Shown: piece after piece, positions 39,501-51,558 of the stretch | How the letters are laid out: each line of letters begins with the position of its first letter | Position numbering within the stretch: position 1 is the stretch's first letter | Origin: Octopus sinensis | Lineage: Eukaryota | Reading direction: 5' to 3' | Length of the DNA: 64,000 nucleotides | Assembly: GCF_006345805.1 (NCBI RefSeq) | Contig: NC_043000.1 | Span: 38,936,001 to 39,000,000, forward strand | The notes under the pieces: model-generated | Told to the model about the DNA's origin: nothing | What the model saw: only the letters and a program-made list of their open reading frames with translations | Database searches by the model: none | Position numbers and translations under genes: made by a program

Positions 39501-41185
39501 TCGACGACACTATGCGGTTCCTTCATTTCCACGTTGGCGCATTTGGGTTGTCGAATCTGTATCTGTCGGACAGTTGAAAGCGTTTGATCAGGTTTTTGAG
39601 GTATTTGCATACCCATCTATTTCTATCCGTACTCACATAGTCTAGATACGTATCCAAGGTAGCATTCCAATCCCCACTAAAAGTAAAAGTCGAGACGTTC
39701 CTAGGAATACTTCTAGAGGTTGAAAGAAATCCGATCGACCTGTTAAAAACGGTGCATAAACTGATATAAGTCGAAAGGCACACCCACTGCTGCCGTCGAC
39801 ATCCAGGACAATCAGTCTACCCTCTGGGTCTATGAATATTGTCTTTACTTTGAGATCCAGACTCTTGCGAAAAAGCACTACGGTGCCACTACCGCCCATT
39901 CTCGGCAGGCAAGGAAGAAAATAAATGTTAAACTCTCCACCAAACATGGACTTTAGGGCCTGTGGGTTATAAAGTCTTGTCTCACTTATGGCTATGATTT
40001 CTAATTTGTGACTTGATGAAATTTAAGAGGTATCCTTGTTTCCTAGGTGACCCCAAGCCACGTGCATTTATACAACCAGTCTGAAGCGTAATCCTAATGA
40101 GGTATGTGTTTTAAACACAAAGTAAAGGAACAGAGAGTTACTTACAGTTCGAAATTTTTCCTGTCTCCCCCTTTGGTCTTTTCTTGAGTAGTTTTCTGTA
40201 TAATGTGGATGTTTTTCGACAGAAAATATTTCTCCTCCTCACAATTTTCCGTGAGGAGGTTTTTAAATTTTTCTCTTTTTTTTTGATATTTTTGAAACCT
40301 CCCTAACGAATCAGGGTAGAGAGACTTCAATAGGCTGTGATTTGCTTGTGTTGTGTGTGATATTTTGATGTGTTCTGGTGCTGTTGTGTATGGGTGGTTA
40401 CTAGTTTTGTAGTTGTGATCTGTGATGTCTGTGTGTGACCCGAAGTAACACATTAGGTCCAAGCTGCTTGTGTTAATGGCTGTCAACATAATTCGATTGG
40501 TTAATGTTTATTTTTTTGTAGTGTTGGTGTTTGTCTTGGAAATGTTGGTGTAGGTAGTTGTAAACCTTCCTGCTTTGTTTGCTTGTGTATTTATTCTCCC
40601 CTCCCCCGTTTCCTACACCTCCCTGTGGCTAATTGCCATTCTTCCGTTCCGTCTTCCTCGGACGACGAGTCGAAAAATCGGAAGGGGGTTGTGGAAGAGT
40701 AACGGGGTCAAATGTATTTTGTGTTTCTGATGTTGGTGTTGTTTGTGTTCGATGCTGGGTGTTTGTATGTGAAGTGAAAGTTTGTAGGGGTGGGTTATCA
40801 GTTCCTTTGGCTTCTTTGTTTTTTGTAGCTGCTTCTGCTGATGACAGTGTTAGTGGTGTTGTTGTTATTGATTTTCCCGGTGTTGTTGGTGGTGATGGTG
40901 ATGATTTTACAGTTGCTGGTGTTGCATTTCCTCTCACTTTCGGTTGGTTTAAAGTCTTTGGTTGGCTGTGTTGTTTTGGCTGTAATGTGGATGGTGTTGG
41001 TAAAAGTGTTGGTCTTCTATACTCTTTTTCCTTGCGTTGTTGTTGTTGTTTTTGGTGGTGGTGGTGTTGCAACTTTGGGCAGGAGATCTTTAAATGGTTA
41101 TCTTCGCCACAACAGTAGCAGCAGTGGCGTCCTTCCTTCTACATTAATAAACAAATTAGTGCCGTCTAGCAGTTCTATAATGGAG
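36505..41185 (-). mobile_element. Tx1/L1-clade LINE: ORF1 C-terminal half with CCHC knuckle, full-span but degenerate ORF2 (APE + RT), 3' UTR
   Basis: ORF1 knuckle C-Y-C-C-GEDN-H-LKIS-C at 41120-41079; APE motifs CINARGL (about 40070), ISETRL, PEGRLIVLD, LISVYAP, SGDWN, SRSYLDRI, YTDHK, WKLNAS; RT LINLDQSKAIDKVDH, RSVCQGCP.S.LLYVL.LEP; (GATA)n at both ends. Confidence 0.93.
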
Positions 41186-41220
41186 GATAGATAGAGATAG
41201 AGAGAGAGAGAGAAAGAAAG

Positions 41221-41280
<60 letters not shown>

Positions 41281-41286
41281 TTATAT

Positions 41287-41351
<65 letters not shown>

Positions 41352-41352
41352 G

Positions 41353-41390
<38 letters not shown>
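41186..41390. repeat. (GATA)n microsatellite; matching tract at 36425-36502
   Basis: Direct reading; the two tracts flank the Tx1 element. Confidence 0.95.
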
Positions 41391-41980
41391 GCAGACACTC
41401 AGACGGATGAGGACGACGACGACGAAGGGTGTACAAAAATTTTCAAAAACTCCGCAGTATTAAAACAAATGCTTACTTTTAAGAAATATTGTCAAGAAAT
41501 TAAGATTTGATGGAATATGGTCGACATGTGTTCGACATGGGAAAACCTTCAAATACAATCTGCGGTTCAAAAGTGTTTTAAGATAGTAAGAAAAAGATCC
41601 GATAAGAGGAAAGTCTACGAAATGCTTTCTGTGCCATTATATTGATCAGCGAAGTGATTTTGTACAGTCAGGAATTTAATATAAAACTGTATTATATACC
41701 ATTATAATGTATATTTGATGCATTGGCGGCCATCTTCATTGGAAAATTTGTAAACACGACTCAGATGTTATGATATGAAAATATTCCATTGAAAATTTTT
41801 TTTAAATAATCTAGAATACGGATATTATTACCGATTAAGAAGCAATCGATGCTGAACCGACATGATACAGAGACACAGAGATCAAAGACTATATAATATA
41901 TGGTATAGACGTTGATTAATGTCAAACACAACGGACATAACGTTTACAATTAATGAGGCTGTGAATATACCCCAATGGAA

Positions 41981-42030
<50 letters not shown>

Positions 42031-42512
42031 GTACATATGTGTGCATCTATGTATATATAGATTATATATATACACACACACAAATATATATTTGCACGTG
42101 TATGTGTGTGAAAGTAAAATGGGAGAATGGAGCACATCATTTTACATGTATATAAAGAAAAAGACGTATATATATATATATATATATATATATGTTTGTA
42201 TGCATGTGTATATATCGATGTACAAATGCATAAGAGTGCGTTTGTATAAGTGAGAATATGTAAATACATGCATGTATGTAAATTAGATGATTGTAAGCTT
42301 TTAATTTTATTTATTTTTTCAGTGAATTCCATCTACAACAAAGCAACAAACTACGCCACACGGTATACAGCAAATATTGACAAGAAAACATTGGTAGAGA
42401 AGGTAACTAGTTTATATAAAATTTTCTACAAAAAATGAAAACGGTTAACGATGAAAGCATTGATAATACCATAGCACAATGTTAAAATAAGCAGACACAT
42501 GTAAACATACAC

Positions 42513-42728
42513 AGGGTGTTCAAAAGGTCTCTCAGCAGTGAATATTTTTCATCCTGGGCATCACCATGGCGCTACTTCAAAAGGTTTTCGATGGGACTTT
42601 GGCCACTAAAAGCACCTGATTTAACACCGCCACACGTTTTTTTCTCGGGAGCAAGTAAAGGATCAGTGTACAAGAATCGCCCGAAAAACCGATAAATACT
42701 TACTGCGGAGAGACTTTGTGAACACCCT
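42513..42728 (+). mobile_element. Internally deleted Tc1/mariner element (about 215 bp)
   Basis: TIRs AGGGTGTTCAAAAGGTCTCTC (42513-42533) and GAGAGACTTTGTGAACACCCT (42708-42728), 19/21 match; internal WPLKAPDLTPPHVFF.GA.KGSVYKNRP from 42600 (WPxxSPDLxP motif). Confidence 0.85.
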
Positions 42729-42794
42729 CACGTGTGTACCGTTGGCGATTTTTTTCCCTCTGTCTTCCCTTCTCTGCATCTTTCCTTCTCCTAT

Positions 42795-42829
42795 GTTTCC
42801 GACGCAGAGCTCCGCTCGAAACGTTAGAC
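42795..42829 (+). ncRNA. Degenerate minimal type I hammerhead ribozyme
   Basis: GTTT-CCGACGC-A-GAGC-TCC-GCTC-GAAAC-GTT-AGAC; stems intact, core has two substitutions; same family as 30212-30249. Confidence 0.55.
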
Positions 42830-42924
42830 CCTCCTTTCCTTCTTTCCTGAGCGTCCAATAATACTATATTTGTTCCCCGTCCTCGCGTTGTGTTTTTTTT
42901 TTTGTGCTTTCTTGTTTGGATTAA

Positions 42925-42958
<34 letters not shown>

Positions 42959-42971
42959 ATAAATATATGTG

Positions 42972-43009
<38 letters not shown>

Positions 43010-43011
43010 TA

Positions 43012-43083
<72 letters not shown>

Positions 43084-43084
<1 letters not shown>

Positions 43085-43493
43085 TTTGACCTTAACCAGT
43101 TGAGCATGTCCCTTAGTGGCTGACGATATGTGCATCTCTGATCACGAGCAGAAGTAGTGGGGGAGCATCATAGCCATGTGTTGAGAGGGATTCTTTGGGG
43201 TTTGAATAATTCACCTCTGGAAACATGGGTGGTTCTTTCAACATCCTTAAACAACCCTTATTCAGGGACCTTTTGAGCGGGATGGGCTACTCAACCTGAA
43301 GAAAATTCTAACTGGGCCCCACCTGCAAGGTCATGTGCTGTTTATCTTGATATGAGATCACCATGTCGCGCACATATGGTTGTGATGCATGTGCCTGGTG
43401 TACCTTTATCAGACGGGTAGTCATGATGGGTATATTGGGCTTCGTATATTTTACCCCAGTGTCACTTTGATGGCATGTACTGCTCTCTCACTC
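43084..43493 (+). mobile_element. ~550-bp TAA-associated element, 5'-truncated
   Basis: Homologous to 46627-47173; (TAA)n on both sides; ends CTCTCACTC-(AAT)n. Confidence 0.85.
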
Positions 43494-43520
43494 AATAATA
43501 ATAATAATAATAATAATAAT

Positions 43521-44852
43521 GAGGTCCCCTGGATTGATAGAATATCTACAGAACTGGACTCCTTAGAAGAGCAAAAGTGGGAGGGTGTCAAGGTAGAAGG
43601 TTTAAGATCTGCTCTCAGGAGGTCAAGCAAATGGAAGTCTCCAGGAAAGGATAAAATTCCTAACTTCTGGTTGAATGCCTTCCCAGAGAGCCATGAACTG
43701 CTAACAGAACTTTACAATGATGTTCTGCAACACCCTAGTAGGATGCCTGCTTGGCTAGTTAATGGTTTAACATTCCTGCTTCCAAAAAGTGAAGAAACAA
43801 ATGAACCAAAAAACTATAGACCCATAACCTGCTTAACAACTATGTATAAAACGCTAACATCTGTCCTGGCGGAATATACCTATAGTTTTTTAACAGACCG
43901 CCGCAAATTCCCTAATGAACAGAAAGGATGTAAACGTGGATCCTATGGTTGTAAAGATCAACTACTCATCAATAAGATGATCTTAGAAGATTGTCACAAA
44001 CGACACAAAAACTTATCAATAGCCTGGATAGACTGTAAAAAGGCTTTTGATAGCCTACCACATAGCTGGATTAAGAAATGCTTGGAAATATATAAAATAG
44101 CACCTACTCTGCGAAACAATGAAACCATTGATCATGTTGTCTCCAAGTGCAGTCTTCTAGCGCCTACAGAGTATCTCAACAGACATGATAGAGCTGCACA
44201 ATATATTCACTGGGTAATTTGCAAAAAACTGGATTTGCCCCATGATAAAAACTGGTGGGAACACAAACCACCTCCAGTACTTGAAAATGACCACATCTCA
44301 CTCCTTGGAACTTCACCATTCAAACTGACAGAAAGATAGATGCAAATAGGCCAGACATCATATTGAAAGACTTCAGACAAAGAACATGCCTCCTCATTGA
44401 TATGACTGTCCCAATCGATATAAACGTATCTGTCAAGACCTACCGAAAACTGAGCAAATATAAAGATCTTGAAATAGAAATCAGCAAAATGTGGAACCTG
44501 AAGACTAAAACAATACCTGTTGTCAAAGGTGCCCTGGGAATGATAGCAAAAGGAGCTGATTGCTACCTAACTCAGATACCAGGAAACCCAAAAATGGCAG
44601 AAATTCAAAAGATAGTGCTAACGGGAACTGCTCATATCCTACGCAAAATACTTTCTATGTAATCTCAAGGTTTAAAACAAACATAATTTTCGGGTTTTTT
44701 TTAGACATTCACTAGTACAACACAAAACAAACCCCAAACATATGGCACACTAGGCATAACAACATGAACTTCCAACCTGTTTTCTCTTGAGGTCTCTGGG
44801 TGAGACTTGGAGCCAACTTGTACAAATATAAAGCAAAAGTCAAACATAGAAT
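43521..44852 (+). mobile_element. R4/Dong-clade LINE with internal deletion (N-half of RT joined to CCHC/RLE region)
   Basis: NYRPITCL, GCKRGSYGCKDQL, WIDCKKAFDSLPH, then directly ETIDHVVSKC..LAPTEYLNRHD; RPDIILKD..LLIDMTVP..KLSKYKDLE; TAA tracts at both ends. Confidence 0.92.
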
Positions 44853-45429
44853 GATAATAATAATAATGATGATGATGTTTAATCTCATCGACCATTCCAA
44901 GCCCGCTCGCCATCGGTTCGTTTTATCTGTATTAGATACCATTGTATCAGATTGATAAATATTTTATGTTCATCTAAAACTATTTTGATCTGTCATTTTA
45001 CTAAGCTTGTCTCCTGTAAACGTGCACTATCAATAAGTTAAATATTGGTGAGAATTCTACCATAATCTTCGAGACTAAGAGGATTTTAATAAATGAGTGA
45101 AACTGCATTAAAATTTTGATTTGCTAAAATCATAATTCGTGTTCTCAGTTGATGATTAGTTGCCACATTGAAAAAGCTGACAAAATCATTCGCAGCGGGT
45201 CTTAATTTATGCAAATCGTGATTAAATGCTTTTATGGTGCAGCTGGAACTTTGGTTCTTCCAAAGGTTAATGAATTCACCAATACCACGGTGAATCAACA
45301 TGTATTAAGTAATATACAGAAAATGGATGATTATTACATAAATACGTAAATTATATTTTAGCGTTTGATTTTTATAAATCCGTATTTTCTTTGTATATCT
45401 AAATATGCTATATTCTTATTATTATTTTG

Positions 45430-46110
45430 ATTTGGCTCAGGTTTGTTTTTATTCCTGATAGGAATTGTGTGGGTAGCGGGTTACTACTTCTTATTTTTAC
45501 GGTCAAAACTTCTTAGATTCACCGGCTTGGTCTCTGTTGGTGTAATTATTATATGCTCGTGTCTTTTCGCCCGTCTTTACTTTCTAAATTAAAATTCCGC
45601 CGAGGTCGATTATGCCTTTCCTCCTTTCGAGGTTGATAAAAGAAAGTACCAGTTGAACACTGGGGTCGATGTAATCGACTCATCCCCTCCCCCAAAACTG
45701 CTGCCCTTTTGGTAAAAATTTGAAATAATCATCATTATCGTTTACTTTTAATCTGCAGGTTTGTTACAATCACTTGCCGAGACACACCCAGCTTCCTAGG
45801 GTGAGTGAAGGATAAGAAATGCTAGAGAATGACTGAAAGCTTGAGGAGGTCACGTGGCAAGTGTAGTAGCGAAATATCTTCATGTAATACAACACAAACA
45901 TTTAAATTGACAGAGTTTTTCTAAGGATGTGGGCAGCACTTGTCAGCACAATCTTTTGGATTTCTCTGAGACATGGTTCTCCTGGGATATTATTTAGATG
46001 TTTCTGACATCCCTTTCACGTCATAACTGAGACACCCACAATAACAGGAACAGTTCTCACTTTAAGATGCCACATCTTATGCATTTCGATTTCGGGATAC
46101 TTATATTTTC
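45430..46110 (-). mobile_element. Two R4/Dong 3' stubs (45430-45560, 45770-46110) with a family M SINE (+, 45570-45730) between them
   Basis: Minus translation KYKYPEIEMHKMWHLKVRTVPVIVG...EIQKIVLTSAAHILRKTLSI*; AGTAGTAACCCGCTA tail shared with 17740. Confidence 0.75.
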
Positions 46111-46219
46111 TTAATATGGCGATAACAATATATTTTCTTAATTTGACAAATTCCTTTACGGATATATTTTTATCAGTAGGAACACTTACATCTATTTGTC
46201 TACGATTATTTTCTTCTGT

Positions 46220-46222
46220 GTC

Positions 46223-46310
<88 letters not shown>

Positions 46311-46321
46311 CATTATTATTA

Positions 46322-46356
<35 letters not shown>

Positions 46357-46361
46357 CATCA

Positions 46362-46430
<69 letters not shown>

Positions 46431-46451
46431 TACTACTACTACTACTACTAC

Positions 46452-46487
<36 letters not shown>

Positions 46488-46532
46488 TACTACTACTACT
46501 ACTACTACTACTATTATTATTATTATTATTAT

Positions 46533-46609
<77 letters not shown>

Positions 46610-46626
46610 TTTTTATTATTATTATT
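46220..46626. repeat. Compound (TAT)n/(TAC)n microsatellite, about 400 bp
   Basis: Direct reading. Confidence 0.95.
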
Positions 46627-47174
46627 GAGTGAGCGAGCAGAGCATGCCATCAAAGTGACACTGGGGTAAAATATACGAAGCCCAGTATACCCATCATGAC
46701 TACCCGTCTGATAAGGGTACACCAGGCACATGCATCACAACCATATGTGCGCGACATGGTGATCTCATATCAAGATAAACAGCACATGACCTTGCAGGTG
46801 GAGCCCAGTTAGAATTTTCTTCAGATCGAGTAACCCATCCCGCTCAAAAGGTCCCTGAATAAGGGTTGTTTAAGGACGTTGAACGAAACACCCATGTTTC
46901 CAGAGGTGAATTATTCAAACCCCAACGAATCCTTCTCAACACATGGCTATGATGCTCCCCCACTACTTCTGCTCGTGATCAGAGATGCACATATCGTCAG
47001 CCACTAAGGGGCATGCTCAACTGGTTAAGGTCAAACAACTGACAAGCAAATCTGTGGTATTGAGCAGAATATTTGCTGTAGCCCATCTTTTATACCAAGA
47101 CAAAACAATGTACATGATAACACTTCCAATCAGTTAAGATCAGAAGCCACGAGAGCCACTTGCCTGGTACTGCA

Positions 47175-47246
<72 letters not shown>

Positions 47247-47811
47247 GTTATTATCATCATCATTATTGAGTGAGAGAATAGTGCATGCCAGCAAAGTGAC
47301 ACTGGTGTAAAGTATACGAAGCCTAATATACCCATCATGACTACCCGTCTGATAAGGGTACATCAGGCACATGCATCACAACCATATGTGCGCGACATGG
47401 TGATCTCATATCAAGATAAACAACGCACGACCTTGCAGGTGGGGCCCAGTTAGAATTTTCTTCTGGTCGAGTAGCCCATCCCGCTCAAATAAGGATTGTT
47501 TAAGGATGTCGAACGAACCACCCCTGTTTTCAAAGATGAATTATCCAAACCTTTAAGAATTCCTTTGAACACATGGCTATGATGCTCCCCCACTACTTCT
47601 ACTCATGATCAGAGATGCACATATCGTCAGCCATTAAGGGACATGCTCAACCAGTTACGGTCAAACAACTGACACGCAAATCTGTGGTATTGAGCAGAAT
47701 ATTTGCTGTAGCCCATCTTTTACACCAGGACAAAACAATGTACATGATAACACTTCCAATCAGTTAAGATCAGCAGCCATGAGAGCCACTGCCTGGTACT
47801 ACATCAAGGCA
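46627..47811 (-). mobile_element. Two tandem copies of the ~550-bp TAA-associated element (46627-47173, 47268-47811) separated by (TAA)n
   Basis: Colinear homology along the whole length; both end CACTC-(AAT)n on minus. Confidence 0.88.
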
Positions 47812-47871
47812 TAACAAATCTGTGGTATTTAGCAGAATATTTGCTGTAACCCATCTTTTATACCGATGCAA

Positions 47872-48007
<136 letters not shown>

Positions 48008-48101
48008 GTGTACTAGTTGTAGTAGTAGTAGTAGTAGTAGTAGTACTTGCCTATCTATCTCTTCAAGTTTCTCTCTCTCTCTCCCTTTCTCTCTCTCTCT
48101 T

Positions 48102-48199
<98 letters not shown>

Positions 48200-48489
48200 T
48201 ATCTATTCACAGACAGAAGGACAGACAGACGGACAGATAGATAAGTCGGTAATATCAAGTCCCAAGTTGTGGCTTTACTTTAATCTTCAATTTTTCATGG
48301 GTTTTTTTTTTTCGCTACGTTTATTTTTTGTTTAATTTTCGTTTATTCCTTATCGATGCTTCTCTATAGTCTTGTGTTTGTTTGTTGCGTTTTCTTTTCT
48401 TTCTGAACAACAGTGGCGCCGCCAAGAGTGGCTGATTGCACATGTTGTGCCAGGATAAACAACTTTTCCAGAATAATTGCTCTGTTACT

Positions 48490-49530
48490 GATGCGGCGGT
48501 GGTGGTGGTGGTGGTGGTGGTGGTGGTGGTGTGGTGGTGGTGTGGTGTGGTGGTGGTGGTGGCGGTGGTGGTGGTGTGTGGTGGTGGTGGTGGTGGTGGT
48601 GGTGGTGGTGTGCGGTGGTGGTGGCGGTGGTGTGGCGGTGGTGGTGGAGGTGGTGGTGGCGGTGGTGGTGGCGGTGGTGGTGTCGGTGGTGGTGGCGGTG
48701 GTGGTGTCGGTGGTGGTGGCGGTGGTGGTGGCGGTGGTGGTGGCGGTGGTGGTGGCGGTGGTGGTGGCGGCAGCGACGGCGGCCATGGTGATGGTGGTGG
48801 TAGTGGTGGTGACGTCGTCGGCGACGGTGGCGGTGATGTTCATGATGATGATGATGGTGGTGGTGTGGTGGTGGTGGCGATGGCGGCGGCGGTGGCGGTG
48901 GTGTTGGTGGTGGTGGTGTTGGTGGTGGTGGTGGTGGGGTGGTGGTGGTGTGCGGTGGTGGTGGCGGTGGTGGTGGCGGTGGTGGTGGAGGTGGTGGTGT
49001 GGCGGTGGTGGTGGCGGTGGTGGTGGAGGTGGTGGTGGCGCTGGTGGTGGCGGTGGTGGTGGCGGTGGTGGTGGCGGTGGTGGTGGCGGCAGCGACGGCG
49101 GCCATGGTGATGGTGGTGGTAGTGGTGGTGACGTCGTCGGCGACGGTGGCGGTGGTGGTGGTGATGTTCATGATGATGATGATGGTGGTGGTGGTGGTGG
49201 TGGTGGCGATGGCGGTGGCGGCGGTGGTGTTGGTGGTGATGATGATGATAATGATGGTGGTGGTGTGGTGGTGGTGGTGTGGTGGTGGTGGTGGTGGTGG
49301 TGGTGGTGGTGGTGTGGTGGTGGTAGTGGTAGCAGTTATTACCAGTCTTGCTATTGATGCTATCATAATTATTGCTGCTGTTGCTTCTTCTGTTGGTGGT
49401 GATGGAGATGATGATGTTGTTGTTGTTATTGTACATGGTGACATCGGTGTTGTTGTTGTTGTTTACAATGATGATGGTTACGACGACGACGACGATGATG
49501 ATGATGATGATGATATTGATAGTGATAGAT
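48490..49530. repeat. (GGT)n/(GGC)n/(GAT)n low-complexity array with an internal ~320-bp duplication
   Basis: GGCGGCAGCGACGGCGGCCATGGTGATGG...GACGTCGTCGGCGACGG occurs at about 48766 and 49085. Confidence 0.9.
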
Positions 49531-50239
49531 GTAGAGATGATAAAGATGATGTTGTTGTTGCTATGTTTTTTAGCCCTGGGTGAAGACTTACCAAATAGGT
49601 CCCTGCTCATGAGCAGGGCCGTCTTTGCTGCATTAATCACTCCAGCCCTCTTCCTCCGTCAAAACAATACCTTGGAGACTCCCTACTTGTACTTCAGAAT
49701 ATAGACTAAGATTGAGAGCCCTACAGAACCTTGGCCGATGGGAAACTGTCCGATTGACCCCCTACCTTGAAATAGCACTAGCGTGACGATCTCGTCTTAT
49801 TACGTATTTGACGTAAAATATGGTGAAGGTGTGTGACCGAGAGGTTGAGGTGCTGAACTCACGATTGCAAGATTGTGATTTCAATTCATGGGCCTGGTGG
49901 GGCATAACTACAGATTTCTTCCCTATCCCGACTTTGGATGATTATAACTTTCAAAAATATGGATAGTTTTTTAATGAAATTCTCTACAAATATACCTCGG
50001 ACTATGTAGATTCGGAAGACTTAGGAATTTTGGCAGAAAACAATTGGTGCTTTGTCTTCTTGAGCTAAACACTTCATTACACGTTGCCCTACGACCACTT
50101 CGACGTTTGACGTGTGACGCACGGTCCACTTGTAAAGCAACGTTGAGCTGATGGAGTCTGTGAGTAAATGCATAGCACAAACAATGGAGCTTTATAAGCA
50201 AATCATTTGTACAGGTTCTTCACCAAAAATTTGCAGGAC

Positions 50240-50380
50240 CAGCATCATCATCGTTTAACGTCCGCTTTCCATGCTAGCATGGGTTGGGCGTATGACTGAG
50301 GGCTGGCGAGCCAGATAGCTGCACCAGGCTTCAATCTTGATCTGGCAGAGTTTCTACAGCTGGATGCTCTTCATAACGCC
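50240..50380 (-). mobile_element. 3' fragment of a retroelement with an RTE-type (GAT)n-ending tail
   Basis: Minus: GGCGTTATGAAGAGCATCCAGCTGTAGAAAC...CCAACCCATGCTAGCATGGAAAGCGGACGTTAAACGATGATGATG. Confidence 0.6.
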
Positions 50381-50559
50381 ATGGCAATTTGATGATAAGA
50401 AGAAGCATGGCCACTCCTAAAGATTATAGATTGACTGTTTCTCTTTTTATAACTGTTGAAGCTGCAGCTGTTGTTATAATCGTTGTTAAGCCCCTGGTAG
50501 ATCTTCAAGAAATAGATGTGTACGCTAAAGACGTTCCAACCGTGATCGCCTTGTCTTCA

Positions 50560-50735
50560 ACGGTATTTCGTTCGTCTTTACGTTTTTAGTTCAAATCCGC
50601 CCAGGTCGACTTTACTTTTCATCCATTCAGGGTTGATAAATTAAGTACCAGTTGCGTACTGGGGTCGATCTAATCGACTATTCCCCAACTCTCCATAAAT
50701 TTCGGGCCTTGTGCCTTGAGTAGAAAAGAATATCG
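50560..50735 (+). mobile_element. Family M SINE, tail type B
   Basis: GGTATTTCGTT..., GTTCAAATCC, GGTCGACTTT.CTTTTCATCC, AAGTACCAG, GGGCCTTGTGCC..GAGTAGAAAAGAAT. Confidence 0.8.
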
Positions 50736-51519
50736 ATAATTATCTTTGAGATGGTGTAGTGTTATTATTGCTGACGGTGAAAATGAATTTTAACGATGTT
50801 GTTGTTGTTATTGTAGTGCTTTTGTTTTGTTTTTTACTAGTTATAATGCTTAGCTGTTGTTGTTGCTTTTCTTCTTTTTTGTAACGATGAAGTTGATGCC
50901 GTATTATCAGTGCAATTGGCAATTAGTGGTATGAATGGTTTCCGTGATAGTGCTGGTGGTGCTGGTGCTGGTGGTGCTGGTGGTGCTGGTACTGCTGCTG
51001 CTGGTACCATTGGTGTCAATAGAGGCGACGGAGACGACGGAGCCGGTATCGGTGACGGTGGTAGTGGCGGTGGTGGTGGCAGTGCTAATTGTCTTGTTAT
51101 TGTTAATGTAATTATTGTTGTTGCTGTTGTTGTTGTTGGTGGTGGTGGGGTGGGGATGGGGGTAATATTTATAGTGTTGATGGAGTTTGTAAGTCTAATC
51201 TCGTTAGAAGGTATTAGAGATTTTGTTTGGATTTAAGTACACATGCACGTAATGACACACACACACACAAACATACTCACTGGTTTTGCAGGTTACTGAC
51301 GGAGGGATAATTAAATTTTTGTAGACATCATGCTGAAGCCTTATTGCATATGCCTTCATTCACGTAACCCAGAGAGTTACATGTGTCTGTGTGTGTGTGT
51401 GTGTTGATCTGAAGAAACTTAAAAACTTATAATATTCATTTATAATAGAAACTTATAATAGTCACGACTCAAGGGTCGTAACTATTTTGCATGTCAAGTT
51501 AATAATAATAATAATAATA

Positions 51520-51558
<39 letters not shown>

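Noticed and set aside
41425-41760. Possible Tc1/mariner relic starting GAAGGGTGTACAAAAA
   Set aside because: No second TIR or transposase motif could be identified.
48364-49704. Long Gly/Val/Trp/His/Pro/Thr-rich ORFs (up to 319 aa) in several frames
   Set aside because: They are open in most frames only because (GGT)n/(GAT)n lacks stops; no domain, splice or codon evidence for a real gene.
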